Source: a virus | Taxonomy: Duplodnaviria; Heunggongvirae; Uroviricota; Caudoviricetes | Strand: one strand, 5' to 3' | Virus record (IMG/VR): IMGVR_UViG_3300045051_000909 | Location: 1 to 64,000 of that record | DNA length: 64,000 nucleotides | In this document: positions 9,640 through 18,817 of the stretch, one piece after another | Layout: each line of letters begins with the position of its first letter | Position numbering within the stretch: position 1 is the stretch's first letter | Translations under genes and position numbers: made by a program | Notes under the pieces: generated by a model | Seen by the model: only the letters and a program-made list of their open reading frames with translations | What the model was told of the DNA's origin: nothing | Database searches by the model: none

Positions 9640-11420
9640 TGGCCGGACAGTGGACAAGTTACGAGCTCCCGAAGCTTCCTCCTGGCGTATCCTCCGCCGC
9701 TTCGACGATCAAGGCGATTCTGGATACGCTAACCTCTCTACTGAACCTTCTCAAGGGTGTTCTAGAGGTTCTGTCCAGCCTAGAGATTGGCAACCTGAGT
9801 GTTGCCCAGCTTGCGATCAAGGCTGCGATTAAGACGGTGGAAACCGCGATCCAGGCATTCATGGAAGAAGCCGGGATCTACATCCTCTTCGTGCCGCCAC
9901 GAAAGCGCGTTGTAATCCCGCCTGTGGTTAGCGAAGTCATGGGGCGTATCGGCGTCTCGTCCATGTCCGATCTCGTACAGGTAAAGGTCGGCTCGGCGCT
10001 TACTGTCGACTTCCCCAAAGACAATGCGGCGATGACGCAGTTTTATGATGAGGTTTTCTCGGGTAACGCAGGCAACGCCGGCTTCGTGCGCACCGTTATT
10101 GAATCTCTAGACGACTACGGGGACGCTAATCGCCCCCAGTTGGGACAGAACGATGCTGTATTCGGGATGTGTGTTGTAGCGGGTAGCTCAGACTACTTTC
10201 AGCTGTTGAGCTTCCTCACAGCGTTCCAGTCTCTATTTGGCGCGGGCCGTCCTGCAAGTTCAATGGAGGTGCCCGGGCTACCAGTCCCGCAGAACCTGCG
10301 TGTGCGCCCTGGTGGCGGGGGTATGTTCCTCGAGTGGGACTACCAGAATGGCCTGTCCGAGATCCCCAGCCTCAATACTAGTGCGATGATCAAAAAGATT
10401 GCGATCATCCGCAGTAAGAATCCTGTGCTGTTGAGCAAGACGCAGCCGATGGAGATCTTCGGCGGCAGTGATTTGACCTCGGGGATGAAGGCAGGAACTG
10501 GGGATGACGTCATCGAGATCATCGATGTGATCTCCGACGCCAGCGGCGCCAACCTTAAGCACGACTACATGGATACGAGCACAGAGTTCGATAGCGCGGA
10601 TTCTTACTTCTACACCGTCGCTTATGGCCTCTCTGTCGGGACTACTGCTGATTTGCTACTTGGAAAGGGTCAGGACATCGGATTCCGCCGCTTTTCCAAT
10701 GTGGCGAAGGCGTGTGTAGCCACGGACCCCGCCTCCGCCCGCTCCGCGTCTGGCACCGCCCCCGACTGGATGCGCACGCCGCGCTTGCCGGACATGATGC
10801 CTTTGTTCGGTAAGCTCATTGACCGGCTAAGTGTATACCTACAACAGTTCGACAATTACACTAGCGGCTTCGGGGATATGCTGAAGACGTATATCAAGGT
10901 GCTCGAGCAACAGATCCTCACCTACGAAGAGATGGCTCAGGAAGTCACGGGGACGGTTAACCAGCTCGTTTCGCTGCTGGACGTGAAAGCCAACGTCGGT
11001 ATCTACATGCGTCCTATCGACGGCGTCGGAGGTACGACATTCCTAAAGACGGACATGCTGTCGGCATTCAGTGACACCACCGATAGTCAACGCCCCCCAT
11101 TTGACCGGGGTGATGAATACGTAGGCGGCCTGGTGCTGCTCGCGGCGGCTCCCAGCAAGGTTGATTTAGCTCCAGTCAAGGCGCTGATACAGCAGCTTGT
11201 AATGAGTGGCGGGCAGGAAGAGAGTGTCATCTCTGCTGCCTTGAAAGAGATTGACAAGGTGCTCGATAGTGCTGAGCAGAGCCTCGCTGTAACCGAGTCC
11301 GCGCCTATCAGCGAGCCACCAGTTCTCGGTTCCGACGAGCCGCTACAGCCGGACTGCCCCCAGACGCTGGCTAGGCAGTATGACTTCAACGATGACCTTA
11401 GCGTACGAGGCGAACTGTGA
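9639..11420 (+). CDS. large virion protein (593 aa), function unassigned
   Basis: long ORF translationally coupled to 9343..9639. Confidence 0.55.
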   Translation: MAGQWTSYELPKLPPGVSSAASTIKAILDTLTSLLNLLKGVLEVLSSLEIGNLSVAQLAIKAAIKTVETAIQAFMEEAGIYILFVPPRKRVVIPPVVSEVMGRIGVSSMSDLVQVKVGSALTVDFPKDNAAMTQFYDEVFSGNAGNAGFVRTVIESLDDYGDANRPQLGQNDAVFGMCVVAGSSDYFQLLSFLTAFQSLFGAGRPASSMEVPGLPVPQNLRVRPGGGGMFLEWDYQNGLSEIPSLNTSAMIKKIAIIRSKNPVLLSKTQPMEIFGGSDLTSGMKAGTGDDVIEIIDVISDASGANLKHDYMDTSTEFDSADSYFYTVAYGLSVGTTADLLLGKGQDIGFRRFSNVAKACVATDPASARSASGTAPDWMRTPRLPDMMPLFGKLIDRLSVYLQQFDNYTSGFGDMLKTYIKVLEQQILTYEEMAQEVTGTVNQLVSLLDVKANVGIYMRPIDGVGGTTFLKTDMLSAFSDTTDSQRPPFDRGDEYVGGLVLLAAAPSKVDLAPVKALIQQLVMSGGQEESVISAALKEIDKVLDSAEQSLAVTESAPISEPPVLGSDEPLQPDCPQTLARQYDFNDDLSVRGEL

Positions 11421-11665
11421 TCCTGCGTGACTACGAATGTAAGAAGTGCGAAGAGGTATTCGAGGACTTCGATGGGTCCGAAGTAGCCTGCCCAAAGTGT
11501 AAGAGTGCGGAAGTTCAGCGGATTTTCGCTAAGTCCCCTGCGACGCTGACGGTAATCATCCCCACGTATCCCGGTTGCAAGAAGCACAAGGCTGGTTACG
11601 TGCACAGCCACGGCGACCGCCCAAAGACCCCCGGGAAGATCCAAGTAGGCTACACAGGCAAGTAG
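11417..11665 (+). CDS. FmdB-family zinc-ribbon protein
   Basis: YECKKCEEVFE...CPKCKS N-terminal Zn ribbon typical of FmdB-like regulators; GTGA overlap with upstream gene. Confidence 0.55.
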   Translation: MILRDYECKKCEEVFEDFDGSEVACPKCKSAEVQRIFAKSPATLTVIIPTYPGCKKHKAGYVHSHGDRPKTPGKIQVGYTGK

Positions 11666-11687
11666 ATGTAACCGCCTATACTTAGAC

Positions 11688-12785
11688 ATGCTCCAGCACC
11701 CCTACCAAGAGGGCCAGGCGGAAGCCCTCGGCGCGTTCGGCGTTGAGAAGACCGCCATCAGTGCTCCCCTGCTGCTAGGACTAGGCGGCCTCGGCGCCGG
11801 CTACGCCATGTCGCAGCCTGGAGAGGAGTCCCAGGGAAGCATCCTGGGCGGCCTCGGGGGGCTCGCAGCAGGCTTTGGGCTCCAAGCCGCAGGGCGTGGC
11901 CTCGGGCGTCTCGGACGCGCTGCTGGTGGCTTAGCGGCGCGCGCAGGACGCGGTGTCATGGGCCTGAATCGCGTGGGTCAGGGCACTGTTGACGCGCTCA
12001 AGAATTACAGCGTCGCAGGTGCCGCCGGTCAGCAGATAGCGGGAGCGTTGCCTGCGGGACAGGCGCCGCGAGCACTACCACCGATGGGCGGGACTACCCG
12101 CGCCCCTGCGTCGATGGGCCCGATTCCACAAGGCCCGTCGTCTCTGCCGCAGCAAGGGCAGCTGCCTCCAGGTCCCGCCGCCCCGCCGATGCTCCCACCA
12201 CCTCGTGGCATGGTCCCGGCGTCCCAGGCGATTATCCCCATGCAGGCAGGTCCTGCGGGCGCGTACGCCATGGCTGCGAAGCGTGCTTCTGAACTCTACG
12301 GCGTAAAGGAGGCTGATTGGCAGTTTGGCGTAAGTCCCAATCAGCTCCCTTTTCGTATCGGCTATTCCGACAAAGCAACGCGTCTAGAAGGCATGCACCG
12401 TTTCGTTTCTCCTGATGTGATCAATCAAGCCTACGAGGGGATCGACCAAGGCCATGATCCGCAGGCGATCTTAGATACCGCGAAGGATACCGGTAGTCTG
12501 TTACATCCCGGTGTCGGTGCGGCACTAGGTGCCTACGGCGTGCACCGGTTCCTTCCATCTGGCGGCCTGCCTGGTATGGCCCTAGGTGCCCTTGCTGGTG
12601 GTGGACTGGGAGCTATTTACAACGCAGCTACAGCAGGTGACCGTATCCGCGACATGAGCGAGGCGCTTCGCGGTATCCAACTCGAGGATCAGAAGCGCGT
12701 ATCGCGCCTATCCGCGATTGGGGGCCAGCCGTCTACAACGGCCAATGAGTCGAACCCACTGCTTGTCTCGCGTGGAGAAGCCTGA
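11688..12785 (+). CDS. Gly/Ala/Pro-rich hypothetical protein (365 aa)
   Basis: ORF with GLGGLG repeats and Pro-rich segment; mirror ORF on minus strand rejected. Confidence 0.5.
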   Translation: MLQHPYQEGQAEALGAFGVEKTAISAPLLLGLGGLGAGYAMSQPGEESQGSILGGLGGLAAGFGLQAAGRGLGRLGRAAGGLAARAGRGVMGLNRVGQGTVDALKNYSVAGAAGQQIAGALPAGQAPRALPPMGGTTRAPASMGPIPQGPSSLPQQGQLPPGPAAPPMLPPPRGMVPASQAIIPMQAGPAGAYAMAAKRASELYGVKEADWQFGVSPNQLPFRIGYSDKATRLEGMHRFVSPDVINQAYEGIDQGHDPQAILDTAKDTGSLLHPGVGAALGAYGVHRFLPSGGLPGMALGALAGGGLGAIYNAATAGDRIRDMSEALRGIQLEDQKRVSRLSAIGGQPSTTANESNPLLVSRGEA

Positions 12786-12955
12786 TGCTTCACGACGCCT
12801 ATAAGCTGGGAGCCGAGAAGGCGTTGGAGACGTTCGGTGTGCACGGCACGCCGAAGCCCCCGCCTACTTGGTCCCAAGGCGTGCAGAAGTCGCCCCGTAA
12901 AACTGTGCAGCTTGGCGTCACGATCCCATCCATGAGCGAGAGCCCTGCACGATGA
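12785..12955 (+). CDS. small protein (56 aa) coupled between 11688..12785 and endolysin
   Basis: TGATG overlap at start and ATGA overlap at end; below 60-aa track threshold. Confidence 0.35.
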   Translation: MLHDAYKLGAEKALETFGVHGTPKPPPTWSQGVQKSPRKTVQLGVTIPSMSESPAR

Positions 12956-13482
12956 GCCACTTCGACGAGGCCATCAAGAGCGTCCTCGTCCACGAGGGCG
13001 GGTGGTGTGACTACCCCGAAGATCCAGGTGGTGAGACCAACTTCGGCATCTCGATGATGTTCATCCGCAACCAGGGCCTTACTGCGAAGGATCTTGGCCT
13101 GGCGGATATGCAGCCCGGATGCTTGCGAAAGCTGAGTCTAGATACTGCCAAGGCGCTCTATCGTAAGTACTTCTGGGATCCATTCCCTTACGACAAGATC
13201 GACAACTATCGGATTGCGGCGAAGCTCTTTGATACCGCCGTAAACATCAGTCCGCGAAACGCGCACCGAATGCTCCAGCGCGTGCTCGGTGATGATTTGA
13301 AGGTCGATGGAGTCCTGGGACCAAAGACGATCTCTGCGACTAACGCCGCGACGCCCGATCTTCTTTTGGCTAGCTACTGCCAAGCTCACGCGGATTACTA
13401 CAAGGCGTTGGCCGCCCGTAAGCCTGAGATGAAGATCTTTCTGAAGGGCTGGCTTGAGCGCGCCCGCTGGCCTCTGAGCTAA
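12952..13482 (+). CDS. endolysin: GH108-like glycosidase domain + PG_binding_3 peptidoglycan-binding domain
   Basis: HEGGWCDYPEDPGGETNFGI (GH108 signature) then DGVLGPKTISA... C-terminal PG-binding module. Confidence 0.8.
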   Translation: MSHFDEAIKSVLVHEGGWCDYPEDPGGETNFGISMMFIRNQGLTAKDLGLADMQPGCLRKLSLDTAKALYRKYFWDPFPYDKIDNYRIAAKLFDTAVNISPRNAHRMLQRVLGDDLKVDGVLGPKTISATNAATPDLLLASYCQAHADYYKALAARKPEMKIFLKGWLERARWPLS

Positions 13483-13519
13483 AAAAAAAAAGGCGCCCGG
13501 TGATTTCTCACTAGGCGCC
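13481..13519 (-). terminator. intrinsic terminator for minus-strand arm (GGCGCC..GGCGCC hairpin, T11 on minus strand)
   Basis: A11 then GGCGCCCGGTGATTTCTCACTAGGCGCC on + strand; sits between convergent endolysin and vWA genes. Confidence 0.55.
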
Positions 13520-13526
13520 TCCCAAA

Positions 13527-14561
13527 CTACCGCAGATGCAGCAGCTTGGTTCCGCGAGGCAGCTTGCGGTTGTTCGACGTGCTCTGGACGAAGATGTCGT
13601 AGTTGCCGTGGTTGCCCGGCACCACCGTCACGTCGAGGTCCGGCAGGCCCAGCACCTGGCGCGCCTGCGGCCCGGCGTAGACCTTCTGGGTCGCCTTGTC
13701 GACGATGGCGATGGCCTTGTGGAACTGCACCTTCTCCTTCTTCATGAGCTGGTAGTACGCGCTGCCCGGGTGGTAGAACCCGATCTTGTTCTCGACGAAC
13801 GGCTGGATCGCCGTCTCGCTGGGCACCGTCCAGATCGTGGCCCGGTCGGTCAGGTCATGGAGCTGCTTGTTCAGCGTCGAGGTCTTCACCTGGGCCATGT
13901 TGGGCGCGAAGAAGCCCCGGGTCGCGCTTTGCCCGAAGGCGCGGCTGGTGTAGTAGGCGCTGATACCGCTCGAGATGGCCTCGCCCATCACCTCCGCGCC
14001 CTGCGACGTGGCCTCCCACACCTGGATGTTGTCGATGGGGATGTCGAAGTTCTTGTGCAGCTGGCGGCGATTGTCATCGCTGGGAACGAGGAAGACCAGC
14101 GTCCAGCGGTCGGTCTTCTGCACCCGGGCGGTGAGCTTGGCGAGCGTCTTGGCGTTGAGCGTACGCGACTGATTCTCCTCCCCGTCGGTGATGACGAAGA
14201 GCAGGAACGACGTGTTCTTCTCGTCGGCATCGTCGAACTTCTCGAGCTCGGTGATGGCGATGCCCGTGGCGTCGAGGAGCGCCGTCCCGCCCGCCGGCTG
14301 GATGCTCAGGTCGGTCTCGTTGACGCGCTCCACGTCGCGCCGGAGGAATTCGATGTCGACCTGGTCATCGAACTTGATGTACGACACGGTCGTCTTCTGG
14401 CCGGTCTCCTTCGCGGTCTTCTTGAGCGTGCGCAGGTTCGAGCGCAGCGCCTGGGTTGCCGGCGTCTTCACCGACTGCATTGACCCACTGCGGTCGACGA
14501 CGAACATGACGTGGTTGGTCAGCGCCTTCTGGGAAACAGCCGTCTTCTTCTTGGTTGCCAT
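13527..14561 (-). CDS. von Willebrand factor A (vWA) domain protein
   Basis: VVDRSGSM (MIDAS DxSxS) ... ITDGEEN motifs; the + strand mirror ORF 13536..14483 is a GC shadow. Confidence 0.8.
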   Translation of the reverse strand: MATKKKTAVSQKALTNHVMFVVDRSGSMQSVKTPATQALRSNLRTLKKTAKETGQKTTVSYIKFDDQVDIEFLRRDVERVNETDLSIQPAGGTALLDATGIAITELEKFDDADEKNTSFLLFVITDGEENQSRTLNAKTLAKLTARVQKTDRWTLVFLVPSDDNRRQLHKNFDIPIDNIQVWEATSQGAEVMGEAISSGISAYYTSRAFGQSATRGFFAPNMAQVKTSTLNKQLHDLTDRATIWTVPSETAIQPFVENKIGFYHPGSAYYQLMKKEKVQFHKAIAIVDKATQKVYAGPQARQVLGLPDLDVTVVPGNHGNYDIFVQSTSNNRKLPRGTKLLHLR

Positions 14562-14579
14562 GTGGTTCTTCTCCTTTTG

Positions 14580-15512
14580 TTACTTTCGCGTCAGTGCGTC
14601 GATGTTCATCAGCGGTGTTACTCCGCCCATGATCGTCTGGGGTAACTGCCCGTTCCACTTTTCCACGCGCGCTCGCTCCACTTCCAGGCGCCGCAACTCG
14701 AGCAGCTTGTCGGTCAGTGCTGCGTTGAGTAATGCGTTGGCCTTGGCTTCTGCTTCGGCGCGCGCCAGCTTGGATTTGGCCTCGCCTTCGGCGGTTGTGA
14801 GATTTGCTCGAGCGTCAGCTTCCGCAGCCGCTACGCGCTTGGCACCCTCGGCCTGTGCTTGTTTCACCTCGTTCTCCACTCGCAGCGCGTGCTGCGTGGC
14901 TTCGATCTTGGCGTTCAGAGTTTTGACCACGCTGTCCGGCAGTCGGAAGGTCCCGATGAGGTAAACCTTGCTTACTTCGATGCCGAAAGGTTTGACCTCA
15001 GCGGCGACCCGGTCCTGGACCTTGTCCATCAGTTCGGCTTTGCCTTCTCCGTAAACCGATTCCACGGACATGGACCCCCCGATCTCATTGATGGCGTCGC
15101 GTACGTTGTTGCGCAAAAACGTATCGGTGATCTCGTCGATGCCGCGTCGATACTTCTGGAACACGGTGACCACCTTGTCGGACGGGATGTGGTAGGTGAT
15201 CCCGATGTCTGCGTTGACGCTCAGTCCTTCCTTGGTCTGGAAGGTCAGCGACTCGTCGCGCGGCGACTGGTCGGTCTTGTCGTGCGTCCAGGTGTAATTC
15301 TGCTCGTAGATCGGGAACTCGTACAGCGTTTCACCCATGCTCATCCAGTGCACCCCGACCGGCAGGATCTTGGGCTCGACGCCCTTGCCCTCGCCGAAGA
15401 GATCCACCTTGACGCCGACGTGACCCGGATCCACCGTTGCGCACTGACAACCGCCGTAGCACCCACCGGACAGCAACAACAGCAACGCCAGAAGCCTCAG
15501 ATCGTGTTTCAT
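14580..15512 (-). CDS. SPFH/band-7 (prohibitin/flotillin-like) domain lipoprotein
   Basis: start moved to MKHDLRLLALLLLLSGGC (lipobox); SPFH core ...VNADIGITYHI...AEVKPFGIEV.. then Ala/Glu-rich coiled coil; ATGA overlap with upstream gene. Confidence 0.8.
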   Translation of the reverse strand: MKHDLRLLALLLLLSGGCYGGCQCATVDPGHVGVKVDLFGEGKGVEPKILPVGVHWMSMGETLYEFPIYEQNYTWTHDKTDQSPRDESLTFQTKEGLSVNADIGITYHIPSDKVVTVFQKYRRGIDEITDTFLRNNVRDAINEIGGSMSVESVYGEGKAELMDKVQDRVAAEVKPFGIEVSKVYLIGTFRLPDSVVKTLNAKIEATQHALRVENEVKQAQAEGAKRVAAAEADARANLTTAEGEAKSKLARAEAEAKANALLNAALTDKLLELRRLEVERARVEKWNGQLPQTIMGGVTPLMNIDALTRK

Positions 15513-15712
15513 TTCTTCTCCTTGTGTTTGTTGTAGAAGTGAACACCAACGGCGATGGCGCTTATCACGCCAGCACCGACAGCGATAAAGCCGAGACGGA
15601 CCAGGGCGTCGTTCTGAGAACTGACCCAGTGTGGCACCCAGATCCCGTACAGCATGACCGCAGGGACTGCTGTCATCCCCGCATAGACGACGTGGACAGG
15701 CTTCAAAGACAT
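15509..15712 (-). CDS. small two-TM membrane protein, NfeD-like partner of SPFH gene
   Basis: 67 aa, two hydrophobic helices, GAGG RBS, translationally coupled to SPFH gene. Confidence 0.5.
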   Translation of the reverse strand: MSLKPVHVVYAGMTAVPAVMLYGIWVPHWVSSQNDALVRLGFIAVGAGVISAIAVGVHFYNKHKEKK

Positions 15713-15896
15713 CGTTTACCTCGTAACGAAAACGCCACCCACCCTCGCAGGTGAGTGGCGTCATGGGTAGCCGGGGGCCGGGACCTACCCGGCGACCCTT
15801 GGGTTAGCTAACCCACTGCTCTGGTCCAGGCTCCTCAACCGCGCTAGCTTTCGGCTCGGTGTGCCCAAGTCTGAGCTACCCCGGCATGCGTTGGAA

Positions 15897-16244
15897 CTAC
15901 TCGGCCTTGAAGTGCAGCTTGGCGTAGATCGCGTCGCGCACGAAATCCGCCGGGCGGTACGGCTGTTCCTTCGTGCTCTTCTCCTTGCAGACCGCCACGA
16001 TCTGCTTGAAGGCATCCTTGGCCACCTGGCCCTGGGCCTTCACGCCTGCGATGCGCTTGCTGGGCGCCTTCTCAGTCTTCGCCTTCGGCGCCTTGACGGT
16101 CTTCTTCGCGGCCGGCTTCTTGGTCGCCTTCGCCTTGGTGGCCTTCTTGGCGGCCGGCTTCTCGACCTCAGCCTTCGGGGTCTCGACGGTGGTGTTCACC
16201 AGCGGGATGACATTCGTGTCCGTGCTGCTGTTCTGGTTTTCCAT
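15897..16244 (-). CDS. Lys/Ala-rich histone H1-like basic protein
   Basis: KPAAKKATKAKATKKPAAKKTVKAPKAKTEKAPSK repeats; start set to MENQNSS with AAGGGGAAG RBS. Confidence 0.55.
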   Translation of the reverse strand: MENQNSSTDTNVIPLVNTTVETPKAEVEKPAAKKATKAKATKKPAAKKTVKAPKAKTEKAPSKRIAGVKAQGQVAKDAFKQIVAVCKEKSTKEQPYRPADFVRDAIYAKLHFKAE

Positions 16245-16321
16245 ATTGCGCTTCCCCTTGTTCAAGTTTTACTGCGATCTGGCCCCCTAAATATCAGGGG
16301 CACCGATCCGGCGTCAAGCTC

Positions 16322-16954
16322 TTACAGCTGACCCCGGTAGATGATGAAGTTGGCCTTGTGGATCGTTTCGGCCGCCTCCTCCTCGAGCTTCTGCCAGGCG
16401 TGCGACCAGTCGGCGCTCAGGGTGTAGTGGACTTGGGCGTAGCCGCGGTCCTTGTGCAAGGTGACCGTCACTTCCTTGACTCCCTTGCTGCCGTCGGTGG
16501 TGAACTTCACCTGGTCCTTGCGGCTCTTGGTGCGGGCGGTCACCTCATCGATGATCTCGTCATCGTTCTCGCTGCTGTTGTCGACGATCTCCTGGAGCTG
16601 GCTGACCTTCACCTTGCCGAAGGTCTTGCGCTGCGCCGCATCCACACCGATCTCCTCGAGCGCGTCCAGGAGGTCGCGTTTGGTGCTCGCTTCCTGGATG
16701 ATCATGCGGTTGAGCGTGTGGCTCCAGCCGCGCGGGGCTTCGGGCTTGGTGCTGAAGATCGCCTTGAACACGCGGTCGTGCAACCGGGTCAGGGCCTGGT
16801 AGGTCTCATAGGGCACCCGCTGACGCCCACTCCGGTGGTACTCCTCCTCGTGACCGGAGATCCGGAAGATCTCGAACTTGTTGTTCACTTCCGTGCCGTG
16901 GCGCCGCACGAAGTCGACGAAATCCTGAGCCACGAAAAAGATGAGCTGTTCCAT
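16322..16954 (-). CDS. hypothetical protein (210 aa)
   Basis: AAGGAG RBS 7 nt upstream of ATG. Confidence 0.55.
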   Translation of the reverse strand: MEQLIFFVAQDFVDFVRRHGTEVNNKFEIFRISGHEEEYHRSGRQRVPYETYQALTRLHDRVFKAIFSTKPEAPRGWSHTLNRMIIQEASTKRDLLDALEEIGVDAAQRKTFGKVKVSQLQEIVDNSSENDDEIIDEVTARTKSRKDQVKFTTDGSKGVKEVTVTLHKDRGYAQVHYTLSADWSHAWQKLEEEAAETIHKANFIIYRGQL

Positions 16955-17006
16955 GGTTGTACTGCTCCTTGTAAAAGAAGCAGCCCCCGAAGGGGCTGCC
17001 TCAAGA

Positions 17007-17408
17007 TCACTTCACCTGCTTCTGGACCTTCCCCATGAAGGCCTTGATGATGTACGCGTTGAGCTTGGGGTCGTCGGCGAACGTCACCATCTCGCCGATG
17101 CCCATCCCCAGGGTCGTGGAGAACTCCTCCAGGGTCCGCTTGGCCACGCCGGGGAGGGCGACCTCCTTGACGGGCGGCGGAGTGACCTTCGACCCCGTCG
17201 GTGCCGGGTAGTACCGCTTCGGGTGTCGCCCCTGCACGTAGAGACGTCCTTCCTTGACGTGATGCTGGAGCCCCGCGTGTGCGCTGACTCGGCTCAGCCC
17301 CGTGGCTTCCATCACGTCGCGGGTCGTGAGCCCCGTCGGCTTCGTGTTGATGACCTTCCACGTCAACGTCTTCGCGTTCTTTTTCTGCATGGTTCCCTTT
17401 CTGATCAT
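17007..17408 (-). CDS. basic hypothetical protein, possible winged-helix DNA binder
   Basis: GAGGAGG RBS; ATGA overlap with kinase gene. Confidence 0.5.
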   Translation of the reverse strand: MIRKGTMQKKNAKTLTWKVINTKPTGLTTRDVMEATGLSRVSAHAGLQHHVKEGRLYVQGRHPKRYYPAPTGSKVTPPPVKEVALPGVAKRTLEEFSTTLGMGIGEMVTFADDPKLNAYIIKAFMGKVQKQVK

Positions 17409-17908
17409 GCCGCCTCCTCGAGAACCTTATCAAAGTTCTCAGGTGTGACGATGAGAATCTGATCAAATCCCTCTGCGCGTGTGGGGGGTTCGATCTGCAT
17501 CGCCAGCGCTTCGAGCTTCCCATCGGGAAGCCGACGGTCGTGAGTTCGTTGCAAGTTCCGCTGGACGCACGTATTCAGCGGAGTGTCGAAGAACAGCCCG
17601 ACGACTCTTTGCTTCTGCCCCTTCGCGACATTGACCGTCGCACAGCGCGAGATCGCCGTCAGAAACATGGCGTCGAATACCACAGCCACGTCCTTAGGTA
17701 CGTCGCGAAGGTTTGCCAGCGCTTCTCCGTAGCGCCGGTAGGCCAGTCGCCAAGCATCGGCAGATCTCTCACGAGTCCACCGGTATTGCTGTTCGTCGTA
17801 GAGTGCCTCGTCCGGAGATATGTAGATACAAGGCACGCGCTGGCGAAGAGCCTGCGCGAACGTCGTTTTTCCCGAGTTCGCAAGGCCCATGAGAACTAGC
17901 ACAGCCAT
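17405..17908 (-). CDS. P-loop kinase (polynucleotide-kinase/AAA_33-like)
   Basis: Walker A VLVLMGLANSGKTTFA near N-terminus, Walker-B-like VVFDAMF; small stand-alone kinase fold. Confidence 0.7.
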   Translation of the reverse strand: MAVLVLMGLANSGKTTFAQALRQRVPCIYISPDEALYDEQQYRWTRERSADAWRLAYRRYGEALANLRDVPKDVAVVFDAMFLTAISRCATVNVAKGQKQRVVGLFFDTPLNTCVQRNLQRTHDRRLPDGKLEALAMQIEPPTRAEGFDQILIVTPENFDKVLEEAA

Positions 17909-17958
17909 CCGGGTTCACCTCCTTTCCTTGGAGGCTTATACCCTATTGGCTAGGTGTT

Positions 17959-18816
17959 TCAGATGTGGCAATCGACGCAGACGACGATGGTATCCTGGTG
18001 CTTCTCGAGCACCGTACGCACTTCATCAGCCCAGTCCGACTCCTTCTTTTCGTTCGCCACCGACGCCCACCAGCCCATTTGTCCTTTCTCGATCCACTCC
18101 TGATCAGGAGTAACCAAGGCAAAAGGCGCATCTTCGGGCGTGTAGTGCTTGAGCAGTTCGCGTGCGGGCAGAATGTTTCCCTGGCTCTTCCACTCAGTCG
18201 GCCACTTCAAGCGCATGCCTTTGCCGTCGCAGCCGTTGCAGGTGTACGCAGGATCCTTCGCACGCGTTTCCCTGCCCAGAGTATCGTTGCGCTTACCTGT
18301 GCCTTGGCACAGAGGACAGCGCTCCATGTTGTCCGGATCCTTCTCAGGATCGTAGTCGCTGAGTGCACCGGTCCAGCGACCGCCAATCATCCACCAATCC
18401 CACTTCGAATCCGGGTTGTAGGTGGTGTGTCGAATACCTGTTCCGTTGCAGTCGCTGCACGTAGGATCCGGCTTTTGGTAGAGCGGATGCTGCCGCTCTG
18501 CGGCTTCCACTGCCTGCACATATTTCCCAATGTGCTTATTCCAGAGAGTATTTACGTCCTCACGCGCAGCATCCTCCAGCTCCCTGTGCGCCGTGCTCGC
18601 GTGGTACGTGGCGCGCAGCATCTCCATGTTGGTGCCCAACGCCTTCTCCGCCTCCTCACGACCCTCTTGTCGCGCTATTTGCCCTATGCAGTAGCAGTCC
18701 TCCTCGTGAGTATCGACAATCATGTTCTCATCGAATGGCGCCAGCAGATTACTGACCGCGTTGTCCAGGTCCCGGGCATTTGCCGGAACCAGAACATACG
18801 TCAAGAAATGCGACAT
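17959..18816 (-). CDS. Cys-rich hypothetical protein (start at MSHFLTY)
   Basis: CSDCNGTG...CPLCQGTGKR...CNGCDGKG repeats; start chosen to give ATGA coupling to phosphoesterase gene. Confidence 0.5.
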   Translation of the reverse strand: MSHFLTYVLVPANARDLDNAVSNLLAPFDENMIVDTHEEDCYCIGQIARQEGREEAEKALGTNMEMLRATYHASTAHRELEDAAREDVNTLWNKHIGKYVQAVEAAERQHPLYQKPDPTCSDCNGTGIRHTTYNPDSKWDWWMIGGRWTGALSDYDPEKDPDNMERCPLCQGTGKRNDTLGRETRAKDPAYTCNGCDGKGMRLKWPTEWKSQGNILPARELLKHYTPEDAPFALVTPDQEWIEKGQMGWWASVANEKKESDWADEVRTVLEKHQDTIVVCVDCHI

Positions 18817-18817
18817 G

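Noticed and set aside
13536-14483. Long plus-strand ORFs mirroring minus-strand genes (13536..14483, 14188..14964, 16358..17038, 25900..26859) and minus-strand ORFs mirroring plus-strand genes (3421..4854, 8770..9147, 34166..35629, 47723..49201)
   Set aside because: Typical GC-rich shadow ORFs. They have low-complexity Arg/Ala/Gly/Pro-rich translations, no motifs, and lie opposite ORFs with clear domains (vWA, SPFH, collagen-like, AAA ATPase).
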